Part shown: positions 10,245 through 19,924 of the stretch, in pieces
Layout: every line of letters begins with the position of its first letter
Numbering within the stretch: position 1 is the stretch's first letter
The notes under the pieces: model-generated
The model's input: only the letters and a program-made list of their open reading frames with translations
The model's database searches: none
What the model was told of the DNA's origin: nothing
Assembly (NCBI GenBank): GCA_964434885.1
Contig: CAYSWQ010000006.1
Span: forward strand, 1-41,681
Length of the DNA: 41,681 bases
Direction of reading: 5' to 3'
From: an uncultured Methanosarcinales archaeon
GTDB taxonomy: Archaea > Nanobdellota > Nanobdellia > Woesearchaeales > GW2011-AR9
Made by a program: the position numbers and the translations under genes

Positions 10245-10360
10245 ACTCTAATATTAAGAATTGCTTTTTTAAATGTTTTGTATAAAAAAACGACTTCGTG
10301 TTTTTAATAGTAAATGCAAGTTATTTTATTTCCAATAAAAAAAGAAAAAATTAACTCCAA

Positions 10361-10720
10361 TCAACCAGTCCAAGCTTGTTCTATTTTCTGACCATTGACA
10401 TCAATTACCATATATCCAGTTTTCCCGTCTTCACTAAAATAATAATCGGCATTAACTTGGTCTCCAGCAGTAGTCGCATCATAAACTACGTGGCATAATC
10501 CTTTATATTTTCCGGAAGAAACTAGTTCTTTAATCACCATTTTGGCTGTATTTCCCGCAGAAGTAGATTTCCACTCTGAACCTGTTTGACACCAAGAACC
10601 ACTGTTCTTTACAACGGTTTTAGTTGTTCCTTCTGCCGTTTTAACAGTTGTTGTTTTACTACAACCGATTAAAAATATTCCAATAACCATCACCAATCCA
10701 AATAAAAGTATCTTTTTCAT
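10361..10720 (-). CDS. Secreted lipoprotein, hypothetical
   Basis: Signal peptide ending FLIGC; GGAGGT upstream. Confidence 0.7.
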   Translation of the reverse strand: MKKILLFGLVMVIGIFLIGCSKTTTVKTAEGTTKTVVKNSGSWCQTGSEWKSTSAGNTAKMVIKELVSSGKYKGLCHVVYDATTAGDQVNADYYFSEDGKTGYMVIDVNGQKIEQAWTG

Positions 10721-10792
10721 TTTGTACCTCCTACAAATTAAAATTTAAAAAATAACTATATAAAATTTTCCAAAAAAATAATTGCATCTATC

Positions 10793-11080
10793 TTAATCTT
10801 GTTTCTTAACAAACAAACCACACCAACACATTGGTTTTCTTCCATTACTCGGCTTTAACCAAGTCGTATGTGTTTTAAAATTACAAGGACAAATTAATTC
10901 CAAATCTTTTTCTCTAGTTCCATCTCTCAACCGACAAGGACATAACTTTAACTCAAATTTATTCTCATTTTCCAAAACACCCTTGATAATCATTTGAACA
11001 TGTTCTTTATCAAGATTCAACACAAAATCATTCTTCTCTGTAAACTTCTCCCATACTTTTAACAATTTTTGTTCATCCAT
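10793..11080 (-). CDS. Ferredoxin:thioredoxin reductase catalytic (beta) subunit-like protein
   Basis: CPCR, ICPC and CWCGLF, the three CxC motifs of FTR-c. Confidence 0.92.
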   Translation of the reverse strand: MDEQKLLKVWEKFTEKNDFVLNLDKEHVQMIIKGVLENENKFELKLCPCRLRDGTREKDLELICPCNFKTHTTWLKPSNGRKPMCWCGLFVKKQD

Positions 11081-11081
11081 T

Positions 11082-11222
11082 TTAAAAATCCATGACTTTT
11101 TTTGCTTCTAATTTATCAATCTCAACGTAAGCATTTTCTGCTTGACAAGTCGGACAAATTTTTGGACCATCATTCCCAAAATGAATGTCATTACAAACAT
11201 TACATCTCCAAAACTTCTTCAT
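11082..11222 (-). CDS. Rubredoxin-like small protein (46 aa)
   Basis: Not in the ORF track. Manual translation MKKFWRCNVCNDIHFGNDGPKICPTCQAENAYVEIDKLEAKKVMDF* with two CxxC; fills the gap between tkt and FTR. Confidence 0.88.
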   Translation of the reverse strand: MKKFWRCNVCNDIHFGNDGPKICPTCQAENAYVEIDKLEAKKVMDF

Positions 11223-11227
11223 TTTCT

Positions 11228-12220
11228 TTACCTCTTACAAATCTTCAATGCTTCTTTAAAAATATGTTCTGAACTAAACCCAAATTTTTTCAACAATTCA
11301 TCTGGACTACCGGATTCTCCAAAATGATCTTGTACCCCAATTCTTTTTAATTTAGCTGGATAATTTTCTCCTAAAAATTCTGCTACTGCTCCCCCTAAAC
11401 CACCAATTACTTGTGCTTCTTCTACAGTTAAAACTTTTTTACATTTCTTCACAGAAGCCAATATAGTTCTCTGATCCAATGGTTTAATGGTATGACAATT
11501 TATCACTTCTGCAGAAATTCCTTTCTCTTGTAATTTTTGCGCTGCCACCAAACATTCATACACTACTGGGCCCGCTCCAATAAGTACTAAATCTTTTCCT
11601 TTCTTCAAAACTTGAGCTTTACCTATCTCAAAAGGAGTTTTTTTACTAGTCATTTGAGGGGTTTTCTCTCGAGCAAACCTCATATATGCTGGCCCCTTAA
11701 ACTTAGCTATAGCTCTAGTAGCCTTCTTTGTTTGCTCATAATCTGCTGGAACTATTACAATCATATTTGGTAATGACCTCATAATTGCAATATCTTCTAG
11801 GGCTTGATGTGTTGCCCCATCTGGACCAACTGAAATCCCTGCATGAGCCCCAATCACTTTAACATTTTGTTCATTATAACAAATTGTAGTTCTAATTTGT
11901 TCCCAACATCTTCCCGGACAAAACATGGCATAACTAGAAACAAAAGGAATTTTTCCCATCGCCGCTAAACCAGCAGCAACAGTAACTAAGTTTTGTTCTG
12001 CTACTCCAATCTCAACAAATTGTTTAGGATATTTTTCTTTAAACTTAGTAACTCTTGTAGAATCAACCAAATCTGCACATAAAACCATGATTTTTTTATT
12101 TCTTCCTAACTCAACTAAACCATCCCCATATCCATTTCGAGTTGGAATCTTCTCTTTTAAAAAAGATAAAGATAAAGATTTGTTCAACCCCTGCAATTTA
12201 TCAAATTTATTTTCTTGCAT
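11228..12220 (-). CDS. tkt: Transketolase, C-terminal (pyrimidine-binding) subunit
   Basis: EIGVAEQN, GPDGATHQALED, TIKPLD, FGESG. Confidence 0.95.
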   Translation of the reverse strand: MQENKFDKLQGLNKSLSLSFLKEKIPTRNGYGDGLVELGRNKKIMVLCADLVDSTRVTKFKEKYPKQFVEIGVAEQNLVTVAAGLAAMGKIPFVSSYAMFCPGRCWEQIRTTICYNEQNVKVIGAHAGISVGPDGATHQALEDIAIMRSLPNMIVIVPADYEQTKKATRAIAKFKGPAYMRFAREKTPQMTSKKTPFEIGKAQVLKKGKDLVLIGAGPVVYECLVAAQKLQEKGISAEVINCHTIKPLDQRTILASVKKCKKVLTVEEAQVIGGLGGAVAEFLGENYPAKLKRIGVQDHFGESGSPDELLKKFGFSSEHIFKEALKICKR

Positions 12221-12221
12221 T

Positions 12222-13124
12222 TTATTGTCCTTCTATACAATTACAACTTTTATGCTTTTTTTTACAACCTTCGCAATGATCTAATTCTAAATAATGTCTT
12301 TTTTTATCTAACTCCGCTAAAGCAATTTCTGCTTGCTCAGAAGTAGGTGGCTTACCATGCCAAGTATAATCATTTTCCATAAAAGAAACTCCTTTTCCAG
12401 GAGTTGTTTTTGCAATTATCATTAAAGGTTTCTTTCTATTCCGACGAGCTTTTTTCAAAGTGGAAACAATTTTTCTCATATTATGGCCTTTAATTTCAAC
12501 CACATTCCAATTAAAAGCTTTATATTTCTTAACTAAAGAATCCAAAGGCATAACTTCTTCTGTATTGCCATCAATTTGAATATAATTTCGATCAAGAATG
12601 GCCACTAAATTATTCAATTTGTGTTTAGCTGCAAACAAAACTGCCTCCCACCAATTTCCTTCTTCGTGTTCTCCATCACTACATAAACACCACACTAAAT
12701 TAGATTTTCTATCCATCTTCAAAGTATAGGCCATTCCTGCTGCCTGAGACAAACCACTACCTAATGGACCAGATGTTGTTTCCAAACCAGGTAATGCTGT
12801 TCGATGTGGGTGTCCTTGTAAACGAGTCCCTAACTTACGCAAGGTCATCAATTCTTTTTTTGGAAAATAACCAGCATTAGCCATTGCTGCATATAAAACT
12901 GGACAAATATGTCCATTTGACAGCACCACCCTATCTCTTCCGTCCCATTTCGGTCTTTTTGGGTCATGTTCTAAGGCATTAAAATAAAGAGCAGTAAATA
13001 TATCTGTCATCCCTAAAGGTCCAGCTGAATGTCCCGATTTAGCTTCAGCCAAAGAAATAATAATATCTTTTCTAATGGTGTTGGCCATCAATCTTAAATC
13101 AACAATCTTAGATATTTTATTCAT
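12222..13124 (-). CDS. tkt: Transketolase, N-terminal (TPP-binding) subunit
   Basis: SGHSAG, RDRVVLSNGH, LQGHP, SDGEHEEG...DRN, WHGKPP. Confidence 0.95.
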   Translation of the reverse strand: MNKISKIVDLRLMANTIRKDIIISLAEAKSGHSAGPLGMTDIFTALYFNALEHDPKRPKWDGRDRVVLSNGHICPVLYAAMANAGYFPKKELMTLRKLGTRLQGHPHRTALPGLETTSGPLGSGLSQAAGMAYTLKMDRKSNLVWCLCSDGEHEEGNWWEAVLFAAKHKLNNLVAILDRNYIQIDGNTEEVMPLDSLVKKYKAFNWNVVEIKGHNMRKIVSTLKKARRNRKKPLMIIAKTTPGKGVSFMENDYTWHGKPPTSEQAEIALAELDKKRHYLELDHCEGCKKKHKSCNCIEGQ

Positions 13125-13203
13125 CCTAACCTCTTTTTTAAATATTAAATCTTATTAGTTAATAAAGATTATGTTCTCTTTCAACCAACATATTTTATCT
13201 ATC

Positions 13204-14253
13204 TTATTTCTCTTCATACAACAACGTCTTTGGATGAAAAGCATACCAAGCGAACCAAAAATCCCTTTCCTTAACTATTTCTTTCCCATTATCCAAATTA
13301 GTAATCTTTACAATTCCAGCCGAATCCCGTTCTACTTTTAAATTAACTCCATTAACTTTATCTTTAATCATTCCTTTTTTAACATCTTCTTCTTTATAGG
13401 CCTTATAATTTCCATCCACTTCAATCCCAAATATCACTGTTTTAGGATGTACTCTTTTATCTTCATTTTCTACTGGAAAAAACAAGAAAGAATCTTCATA
13501 ATAATTTCCATAAGGGTCTTTACCATATTGTCGATTAAATCCAGTTTTCTGACTTAAAACCAAAGAATCTGGATGTTGTTTTTTCCAATCTCTCCAAACA
13601 ACTGTATCAATCGAAACTCCTTTCAAAACTTGTCCAGTCAACTTACCAACAATTGCTTTTCCTCCAATTTGAGTCCAATAAGTTTTTGTTTTCCGATCAT
13701 ACATCACCAAATTAGAATTATATAATTTTCCTGAAGTTCCAAATTCCACTTCTGTTTTCTTACCACCTAAATTTATTTTTCTTTCAAAAGCAATTCCCGA
13801 ACCACAAAGAGGGCAATAAGTAATTAAAATTGGATCTCCTGCAATCCTATCATTTACAATTTCATGCCAAACCATAATCTGTAAAGGATATACTTTTTTT
13901 ACTCCTTTATATTGAATGGCCATTACCAATTCATTATCTTTTATCCACTTATTTGCTTGACTAACAGAAACATATTCTGGTTTATCTATACTAGGAATAC
14001 CATCCATTGGTGGACCACCTGAACGAATCTTTTTTGGATCAATTAAGTATTTAACGCCTTCTTTAGTAACTTTTATATCGGACGAATTTGACCCTTCCAT
14101 CTGTATATTAGAAAAAGGTTTTTTGTTCATATCCAAATCAGAAACCGTCTTTTTTTCTGAATTAGTAGATGTACACCCCATTAAAAAAACAAAAACCAAT
14201 GTCATAACCAACACAATCAAATAATTTAAAGCCAATTTATGTGAATTTACCAT
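13204..14253 (-). CDS. DUF3179-family lipoprotein
   Basis: GGPPMDGIPSID, WHEIVND, ITYCPLCGSG, SGKLYNSNLVMYDR, FWFAWYAFHP. Start placed at ATG 14253 after a GGTGA SD; the ORF track extends to 14334. Confidence 0.88.
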   Translation of the reverse strand: MVNSHKLALNYLIVLVMTLVFVFLMGCTSTNSEKKTVSDLDMNKKPFSNIQMEGSNSSDIKVTKEGVKYLIDPKKIRSGGPPMDGIPSIDKPEYVSVSQANKWIKDNELVMAIQYKGVKKVYPLQIMVWHEIVNDRIAGDPILITYCPLCGSGIAFERKINLGGKKTEVEFGTSGKLYNSNLVMYDRKTKTYWTQIGGKAIVGKLTGQVLKGVSIDTVVWRDWKKQHPDSLVLSQKTGFNRQYGKDPYGNYYEDSFLFFPVENEDKRVHPKTVIFGIEVDGNYKAYKEEDVKKGMIKDKVNGVNLKVERDSAGIVKITNLDNGKEIVKERDFWFAWYAFHPKTLLYEEK

Positions 14254-14373
14254 CCGAATCACCTTTTTATTAGTTATTTTAAAACAATTGTGATAAATAA
14301 GTAAATCATAGTTATAAAATTTATGTTTAAACACAAAACGAAAGATTATTAAGTTATAATTCCTTTTCTTTTT

Positions 14374-15054
14374 TTGATGTCCATAAGAAAAAAAATGAAA
14401 AAGATCAAAGCAATTGGATTTGACTTTGATGGAACTTTAATCAGTTCAGAAGAAACCAAAGCCGAAGAAATGGCCAAAGTATTTTCTGAACTTCTCGGAA
14501 TAAAAAAAGGTATTAAAACAGCATATAAAAAATTAAGAGGTATCAACCGAAGTCAAAAAATAAATAAATTATTTATCCAATTCCTCAAAAGAAAACCAAC
14601 CAAAAAAGAATTAAAAAAAATTGAAGATCATTTTGGCCAACATTATCTCACTAGTATGAAGACTTGTCCTCTTTTTCAATGTACTAATATTTTAAAAGAA
14701 TTAAAAAAACAGGCCCAATTTATGTTTTTGTTATCTCTAGAAGAAGAAAAAGATGTTAAAAAACTAATTAAACATTGTAACTTAAATAAATATTTTGATG
14801 AGATTCTAGGGGGTCCAAAATCAAAATTAGAAAATTTTGAACATATCTTAAAAAAACACAAATTCAGTCACCCAGAAATTATTTACATCGGAGATTCTCC
14901 AGGAGATATCAAAGCCAGCCATAAAAAAGGAATAAAAGTAATTTTAATCAATAAAAAATTTAACTATCCTCAATTTAAGAAAAAATTAGGAGCAGATTTT
15001 GTCTTTAGTTCATTGTGTGATTTGCCTTTAAATACAAAAATGTATTCTCAATAA
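14374..15054 (+). CDS. HAD-superfamily hydrolase
   Basis: GFDFDGTL motif I; YIGDSPGD motif IV. Confidence 0.9.
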   Translation: MMSIRKKMKKIKAIGFDFDGTLISSEETKAEEMAKVFSELLGIKKGIKTAYKKLRGINRSQKINKLFIQFLKRKPTKKELKKIEDHFGQHYLTSMKTCPLFQCTNILKELKKQAQFMFLLSLEEEKDVKKLIKHCNLNKYFDEILGGPKSKLENFEHILKKHKFSHPEIIYIGDSPGDIKASHKKGIKVILINKKFNYPQFKKKLGADFVFSSLCDLPLNTKMYSQ

Positions 15055-15112
15055 ACACAAACTATTTAAATAAAAACTATATTGTTCCTCTAATAAAATC
15101 AATTTAAACATT

Positions 15113-15118
15113 GAGGTG
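15113..15118 (+). promoter_or_regulatory. Archaeal-type Shine-Dalgarno GAGGTG
   Basis: GAGGTG 8 nt before the ATG at 15127; the same motif precedes the ORFs starting at 36561, 39377, 20869(-) and 33275(-). Confidence 0.7.
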
Positions 15119-15126
15119 AAATAAAA

Positions 15127-15636
15127 ATGAAAAAAGTTCTAATGTTAATTTGTTTAATAGCAGCACTGTTGGTGATGGGATGTGCTACTGAAAAAACAGC
15201 CCCAGTATCAAGTTCTGGGAAGGCAGCTGCTCCTGCAGTTGAAAAAGTTACAACTCCCCCAACACAAGAAAAAACCATCCCTTCTACAACACCAACTGTT
15301 ATTGCTCCTGAAGAAACTAAAAAAACAAGTGAGACTAAACCTGCTGTAACTGTTGCTGCCGGAACAATGGAAGTTTTAGGAAGTAAAGGTTTTAATCCTA
15401 TGACAACTACAATTAAAAAAGGAGAATCATTAACTTTTGTTAACAAAAACCCTTCTGCTATTGACAGTAACAAAAATGCAGTTTTAGTTTTTCAAAACAA
15501 AAATACTGGAGTAGTAGTTAACTCCCATAATCAAATTAATTATGAAGGAAAATATGTCCACACTTTCAAAGAAGCTGGAGAATACAAAGTATGGGATGTT
15601 GGTTATGGAGTAATGGCTACAGTCAAAGTAGAATAA
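15127..15636 (+). CDS. Lipoprotein with cupredoxin-like domain
   Basis: LVMGC lipobox, T/P-rich linker, GFNPMTTTIKKGESLTFVN...HTFKEAGEY...TVKVE. Confidence 0.8.
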   Translation: MKKVLMLICLIAALLVMGCATEKTAPVSSSGKAAAPAVEKVTTPPTQEKTIPSTTPTVIAPEETKKTSETKPAVTVAAGTMEVLGSKGFNPMTTTIKKGESLTFVNKNPSAIDSNKNAVLVFQNKNTGVVVNSHNQINYEGKYVHTFKEAGEYKVWDVGYGVMATVKVE

Positions 15637-15686
15637 AATTTACTTTTTCTTTTTTATTATTTATTTTTGAAAATTGTTTACTTCAT

Positions 15687-16322
15687 TCAATTTAATTTGT
15701 TCATTAAATTTTTTATAGAATTCTTAGGATTTTTTGCTTTAGTAGTATAGGAACCAGAAACAAAATAATCTGCTTCTTTCGCCAAGCCAATAGTTTCTGG
15801 ACTCATCCCTCCATCTACAATTAACTTAATCTTATTTTTCTTCTTTTTTATCGCCCCAATTTTTTTCAAAGGAGATTTCAAAAACTTAGCCCCATAAAAA
15901 CCAGGGTGAACAGTTAAAATCAAAATATAATCAATTTCCCTTAAATATTCTTTAATCAAATCAACTTTTGTTTCTGGTTTCAAAGCCAAACCAACTTTCT
16001 TCCCATTCAATTTTATCTTATTAATCAATCCCAACAAACTTTGTTTCCTCTTAAACAATTCAGGATGTAAAATAATTGTTTTAATATTTCTTTTCTTTAA
16101 ACATCTCTCTACCCATTTTTTTTGATCCTTAACCATTAAATGAACATTATATCTAAATTTAGAACTCAATTTAAAGTCAAAATTCATTGCTTCATTAGCT
16201 GCAAATTTCCCATCTACAACATCTAAATGAATTTCTTTAACCACACCTTTCAATTTTTTCAAATCAATATTTAATTCTTTTTGATCTTTTGCCATAATTG
16301 AAGGCAATATTCTATCAACCAT
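15687..16322 (-). CDS. rpe: Ribulose-phosphate 3-epimerase
   Basis: ILPSI, IHLDVVDGKF, VHLMV, GLALKPET, TVHPGFYG, VDGG. Confidence 0.93.
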   Translation of the reverse strand: MVDRILPSIMAKDQKELNIDLKKLKGVVKEIHLDVVDGKFAANEAMNFDFKLSSKFRYNVHLMVKDQKKWVERCLKKRNIKTIILHPELFKRKQSLLGLINKIKLNGKKVGLALKPETKVDLIKEYLREIDYILILTVHPGFYGAKFLKSPLKKIGAIKKKKNKIKLIVDGGMSPETIGLAKEADYFVSGSYTTKAKNPKNSIKNLMNKLN

Positions 16323-16375
16323 TAATAGAAGTAAACATCAAAGACATATAAATTTAACTTTTTTAAACATCTAAC

Positions 16376-18088
16376 TCACTCGTATTCTAAACACTTACCT
16401 TTCCTATATCCAGTTAAATCTTCAATTTTTTGACAAACAAGTTTCTCATTAACTGGCCCCAAAACCAAAGGAGAACTAATTTTTCTCATCCCACTAGAAA
16501 AAGTTGACCGATATAAATTCTTTTTTCTACCACAACCCAAATAACAATTAACTTCAGATTGATAATTTTTATCAGTTGGTTTACAATCAATAATTCCTTT
16601 AACGCCACATCCATTTCCTATCATTTTTTTCCACGAAGAATTAGCCAAACAATCTGCATAAGATTTATCTGTTTCTTGACAACTATATTTTTCTCCCACT
16701 GGATCTTCTTGACAAATAACTTCCGAACTAAAAAAACATTGTTCAGGATGAAATGATTCCCCCACCATATCTGTTTCATATTCATCTATTAAACCACCAA
16801 ATGTATGTAATAATTCATGTAATACAACAACTGGAGATTCAGATTTAATTGGGCCATAATAACTATGGCCAAAATTATTTTTTGCTCTTCCTGATTCTCC
16901 ATTCATAATAACTGAACTATCTTTATGAACAACTATATTACTCGAACCAGGACAAGTAGCCAATAATTGAAATCCTTTTTTCAAAGTATTAGAAAATAAC
17001 AATTCTTCATTATTTAATAATTCAGCACCAACATATTTAATTTCAAATAAATCTTTATTAGATTTAAACGGTTCCATCGAAAATAAACCACTTTCTATTT
17101 CTGAAAAATCAATAATTTTTCCCAATACTTCACTAGTGTTTTTGTATCCCATCATTGCAAAAACAAGAGTAATTTTCTTATCACTTTTTGCTTTTTTAAA
17201 CAATTGACATTTATTTTGGATAGGTTTAGTTACCCAAACACTAGTCAAATTATTTTTTTTAATTTTAATTCCTTTTTCCAGATATTCTACTCCTAAATCA
17301 TATCTTCCAGGATTAGAAAATTGTAAAGTAGTTGCAAAAAAGTTATCTCTTGCTAATCGATCTGCATGAAAACCATCATCATACAACTGAAAACCTCTTG
17401 ACCCATATATTACTTGAGGTTCACTTATCTCTGTTCCCTCTACTAAAAAATTAACTTGAAATTTTGTATTAGTAAAACCCACAAGAGGTACTACTTCTAA
17501 GTTTATTTTTTTAGGTATCTTCAAATCAGTTTTATCTAAAACCAATCCTTTCTCAGCTGAACATTTTCCTTGCACACAACTCCAAGGACAAGTCACTTCC
17601 TCCACATTAACTTCTTTATTTGAAGCGCAAGATAATTCCGTTAATTTCCTTCCTAAACAAACATCTTCTAAAATATTTTCTTTTCCAAATTTATCAATTA
17701 TCGTTAATTTTCCAGGAACTAAATAATTTTTTCCACCATCTGAATCATTACAAGAAGAAAAAGCATTACAACTTGCATCTTGACAACCAGAAATACAAAA
17801 AGACTTCTTCATTTGTGGAATTCCTTTTTTACAACTAAACACAACCAATTCATTACTTTGATTACCATTTACTTCACTTTTACAAAAATCTTTCAAAACA
17901 TAACTTTTAGTAATCAAATTCTCTTCAACTACCCCTAAAACTTTTTTTTCGCCTGGAAAACAAGCCCACCAATTAAGATTCTCTGTTTTATTATTTTCTA
18001 TCAATTCAATCATCTTTGTCGAAGAAATATTTACTTGACATCCCACTAAAAATAAAACCACAAAAAGAAAAAAATACTCCTTCTTCAT
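16376..18088 (-). CDS. Cys-rich lipoprotein zinc metallopeptidase (M64-like)
   Basis: LVGC lipobox; CxDSDGG Cys-rich repeats; LYDDGFHAD...DNFF; EPFKSNKDLF; HELLHTFGGLIDEY. Confidence 0.75.
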   Translation of the reverse strand: MKKEYFFLFVVLFLVGCQVNISSTKMIELIENNKTENLNWWACFPGEKKVLGVVEENLITKSYVLKDFCKSEVNGNQSNELVVFSCKKGIPQMKKSFCISGCQDASCNAFSSCNDSDGGKNYLVPGKLTIIDKFGKENILEDVCLGRKLTELSCASNKEVNVEEVTCPWSCVQGKCSAEKGLVLDKTDLKIPKKINLEVVPLVGFTNTKFQVNFLVEGTEISEPQVIYGSRGFQLYDDGFHADRLARDNFFATTLQFSNPGRYDLGVEYLEKGIKIKKNNLTSVWVTKPIQNKCQLFKKAKSDKKITLVFAMMGYKNTSEVLGKIIDFSEIESGLFSMEPFKSNKDLFEIKYVGAELLNNEELLFSNTLKKGFQLLATCPGSSNIVVHKDSSVIMNGESGRAKNNFGHSYYGPIKSESPVVVLHELLHTFGGLIDEYETDMVGESFHPEQCFFSSEVICQEDPVGEKYSCQETDKSYADCLANSSWKKMIGNGCGVKGIIDCKPTDKNYQSEVNCYLGCGRKKNLYRSTFSSGMRKISSPLVLGPVNEKLVCQKIEDLTGYRKGKCLEYE

Positions 18089-18549
18089 CTTTCTAATCTT
18101 TTAATTTTATTTATTCTTCGTTGATGTCTTTTTGCTTTAGAAAAAGCAGTTTTCAAAAATAAATTAATCATCTTTGCCACCTTTATCATCGACATACTAC
18201 CCATTGGTTTAAGCATTCCTCCACCAGAAAGACAAATAATATTGGCATCATTATGCTCTCTCGCCAGTCTAACAATCTTCTCAGAATAAGGGGCCACTGC
18301 TCTAATTCCTTTAATCTTATTAGCAGCAATACACATTCCTTCAGCCGAACCACACACCAAGATTCCTTTAGTTTTCTCTTTCACTACTTTCTGTGCTACT
18401 TTCTTAGCATAATCTGGATAATCATCATTTTTATCAAACTTAAAATTCCCTAAATCTTCGTAAGCAATTTTATTCTTAACCAACCACAATTTAATCTTCT
18501 CTTTCAAATGAAACCCAGCATGATCCGCACCCAAATATATTTTTTTCAT
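18085..18549 (-). CDS. rpiB: Ribose-5-phosphate isomerase B
   Basis: GADHAGF, DDYPD, CGSAEG, ANKIKGIRA, REHNDAN, RHQRRI. Confidence 0.95.
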   Translation of the reverse strand: MKKIYLGADHAGFHLKEKIKLWLVKNKIAYEDLGNFKFDKNDDYPDYAKKVAQKVVKEKTKGILVCGSAEGMCIAANKIKGIRAVAPYSEKIVRLAREHNDANIICLSGGGMLKPMGSMSMIKVAKMINLFLKTAFSKAKRHQRRINKIKRLER

Positions 18550-18550
18550 T

Positions 18551-18649
18551 CTATATCACCTTAAGTATAATCAAAATTAACAATAAACCAATCAATGTAC
18601 CAACTACCAAAAAAGAATAAGAGATAATTTCTTTAGTAATTTTTTTCAT
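18551..18649 (-). CDS. Putative 32-aa single-pass membrane peptide
   Basis: Manual translation MKKITKEIISYSFLVVGTLIGLLLILIILKVI*; fills the gap between fba and rpiB on the same strand. Confidence 0.55.
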   Translation of the reverse strand: MKKITKEIISYSFLVVGTLIGLLLILIILKVI

Positions 18650-18668
18650 TTTATTTATAGTCGCCCAA

Positions 18669-19583
18669 TTAACCTTTCCCAACACTTCCAAAAACTTTAA
18701 TTCTGTGTTCAACTACTTTAGTAATCAAATCTCGAGCGGGACCAACTATTTTCCTAGGATCAAAAACTTTAGGTTGAGTTTTTATTACTTGTCTTACAGC
18801 TGCATCAAAAGCAATTCTTAAATCGGTATCTGTATTAATTTTATTAATTCCTCTCTGTACTGCTAACTTAACTTGTCTATCTGGAACCCCTTGTACTCCT
18901 TTTAATTTGGCCCCATATTTTTCTGCCATTTTAACAATATTTTTAGGAACTTCAGAAGCCCCATGCAATACTAAAGGAATCTTCGTTTGTTTCTTAATCT
19001 CTGATAACAAATCAATCTTTAATTTTCCAGCTCCTTTAAACTTATAAGCCCCGTGAGAAGTACCGATAGCCACTGCTAAAAAATCACATCCTGTTCTTTC
19101 TACAAATTCCTTAGCTTTCTCTGGATCAGTATAAACAATATTTCTAGCACTAACCAAATCTTCTGCTCCTCCAATTGTTCCTAATTCCCCTTCTACAGAA
19201 ATCCCTCTACGATGAGCCAACTGAACAACTTTTTTAGTCAATTTAACATTCTGTTCAAAATCCAAATGAGAACCATCAATCATCACTGAAGAATAACCTA
19301 ATTTAATACATTTTTTAATTAACTCTAAATCTTTTCCATGATCTAAATGTAAAGCAATTGGAATTTTAGCTAATTCTGATGCAGTTTTGGTTAAATCATA
19401 AAGAAAATTAATTCCTGCATACTTAATCCCTCCTTCCGAAGTTGCAATTATCACTGGACTTTTCAAATTCTCTCCTGCTTGCACAATCCCTTGTAATATC
19501 TCCATATTATTGATATTAAAATGTCCTACTGCATAATTTCCTTTATTTGCTTTCTGCAATATTCTTTTAGTTGAAGTTATCAT
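18669..19583 (-). CDS. fba: Class II fructose-bisphosphate aldolase
   Basis: ALHLDHG, SVMIDGS, VEGELG, AIGTSHGAYK, VLHGAS, KINTDTD. Confidence 0.96.
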   Translation of the reverse strand: MITSTKRILQKANKGNYAVGHFNINNMEILQGIVQAGENLKSPVIIATSEGGIKYAGINFLYDLTKTASELAKIPIALHLDHGKDLELIKKCIKLGYSSVMIDGSHLDFEQNVKLTKKVVQLAHRRGISVEGELGTIGGAEDLVSARNIVYTDPEKAKEFVERTGCDFLAVAIGTSHGAYKFKGAGKLKIDLLSEIKKQTKIPLVLHGASEVPKNIVKMAEKYGAKLKGVQGVPDRQVKLAVQRGINKINTDTDLRIAFDAAVRQVIKTQPKVFDPRKIVGPARDLITKVVEHRIKVFGSVGKG

Positions 19584-19921
19584 TTAGAAACTCCTTCTCT
19601 TTCATAAAAATACCGACCAACAAATATTCCTCCCATTACTAAAAAAGGAACCACAATCATTAAATTAACAAAAGACCAACCAGCAACAAAAACCAAATAA
19701 AAAATACTTAACAAAAGATAAGCAATTCCACCATACAATGGTCTTTTCCAAGCTAAAAACGTAATAAAAAACAATAACACCCAAATCATAAATCCCGCTC
19801 GATTGTATTTTCCTAAATCTGCCATCAATAAAAAAATCAACCAAAAAACAATTATTGATACTGATAATCCTCGAGAAACATCTTTCAATAATCTTTTTGA
19901 TTTTTTATTTTTTTTGCTCAT
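19580..19921 (-). CDS. Small membrane protein (about 4 TM)
   Basis: Four hydrophobic segments; overlaps the fba start. Confidence 0.7.
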   Translation of the reverse strand: MSKKNKKSKRLLKDVSRGLSVSIIVFWLIFLLMADLGKYNRAGFMIWVLLFFITFLAWKRPLYGGIAYLLLSIFYLVFVAGWSFVNLMIVVPFLVMGGIFVGRYFYEREGVSK

Positions 19922-19924
19922 TTT

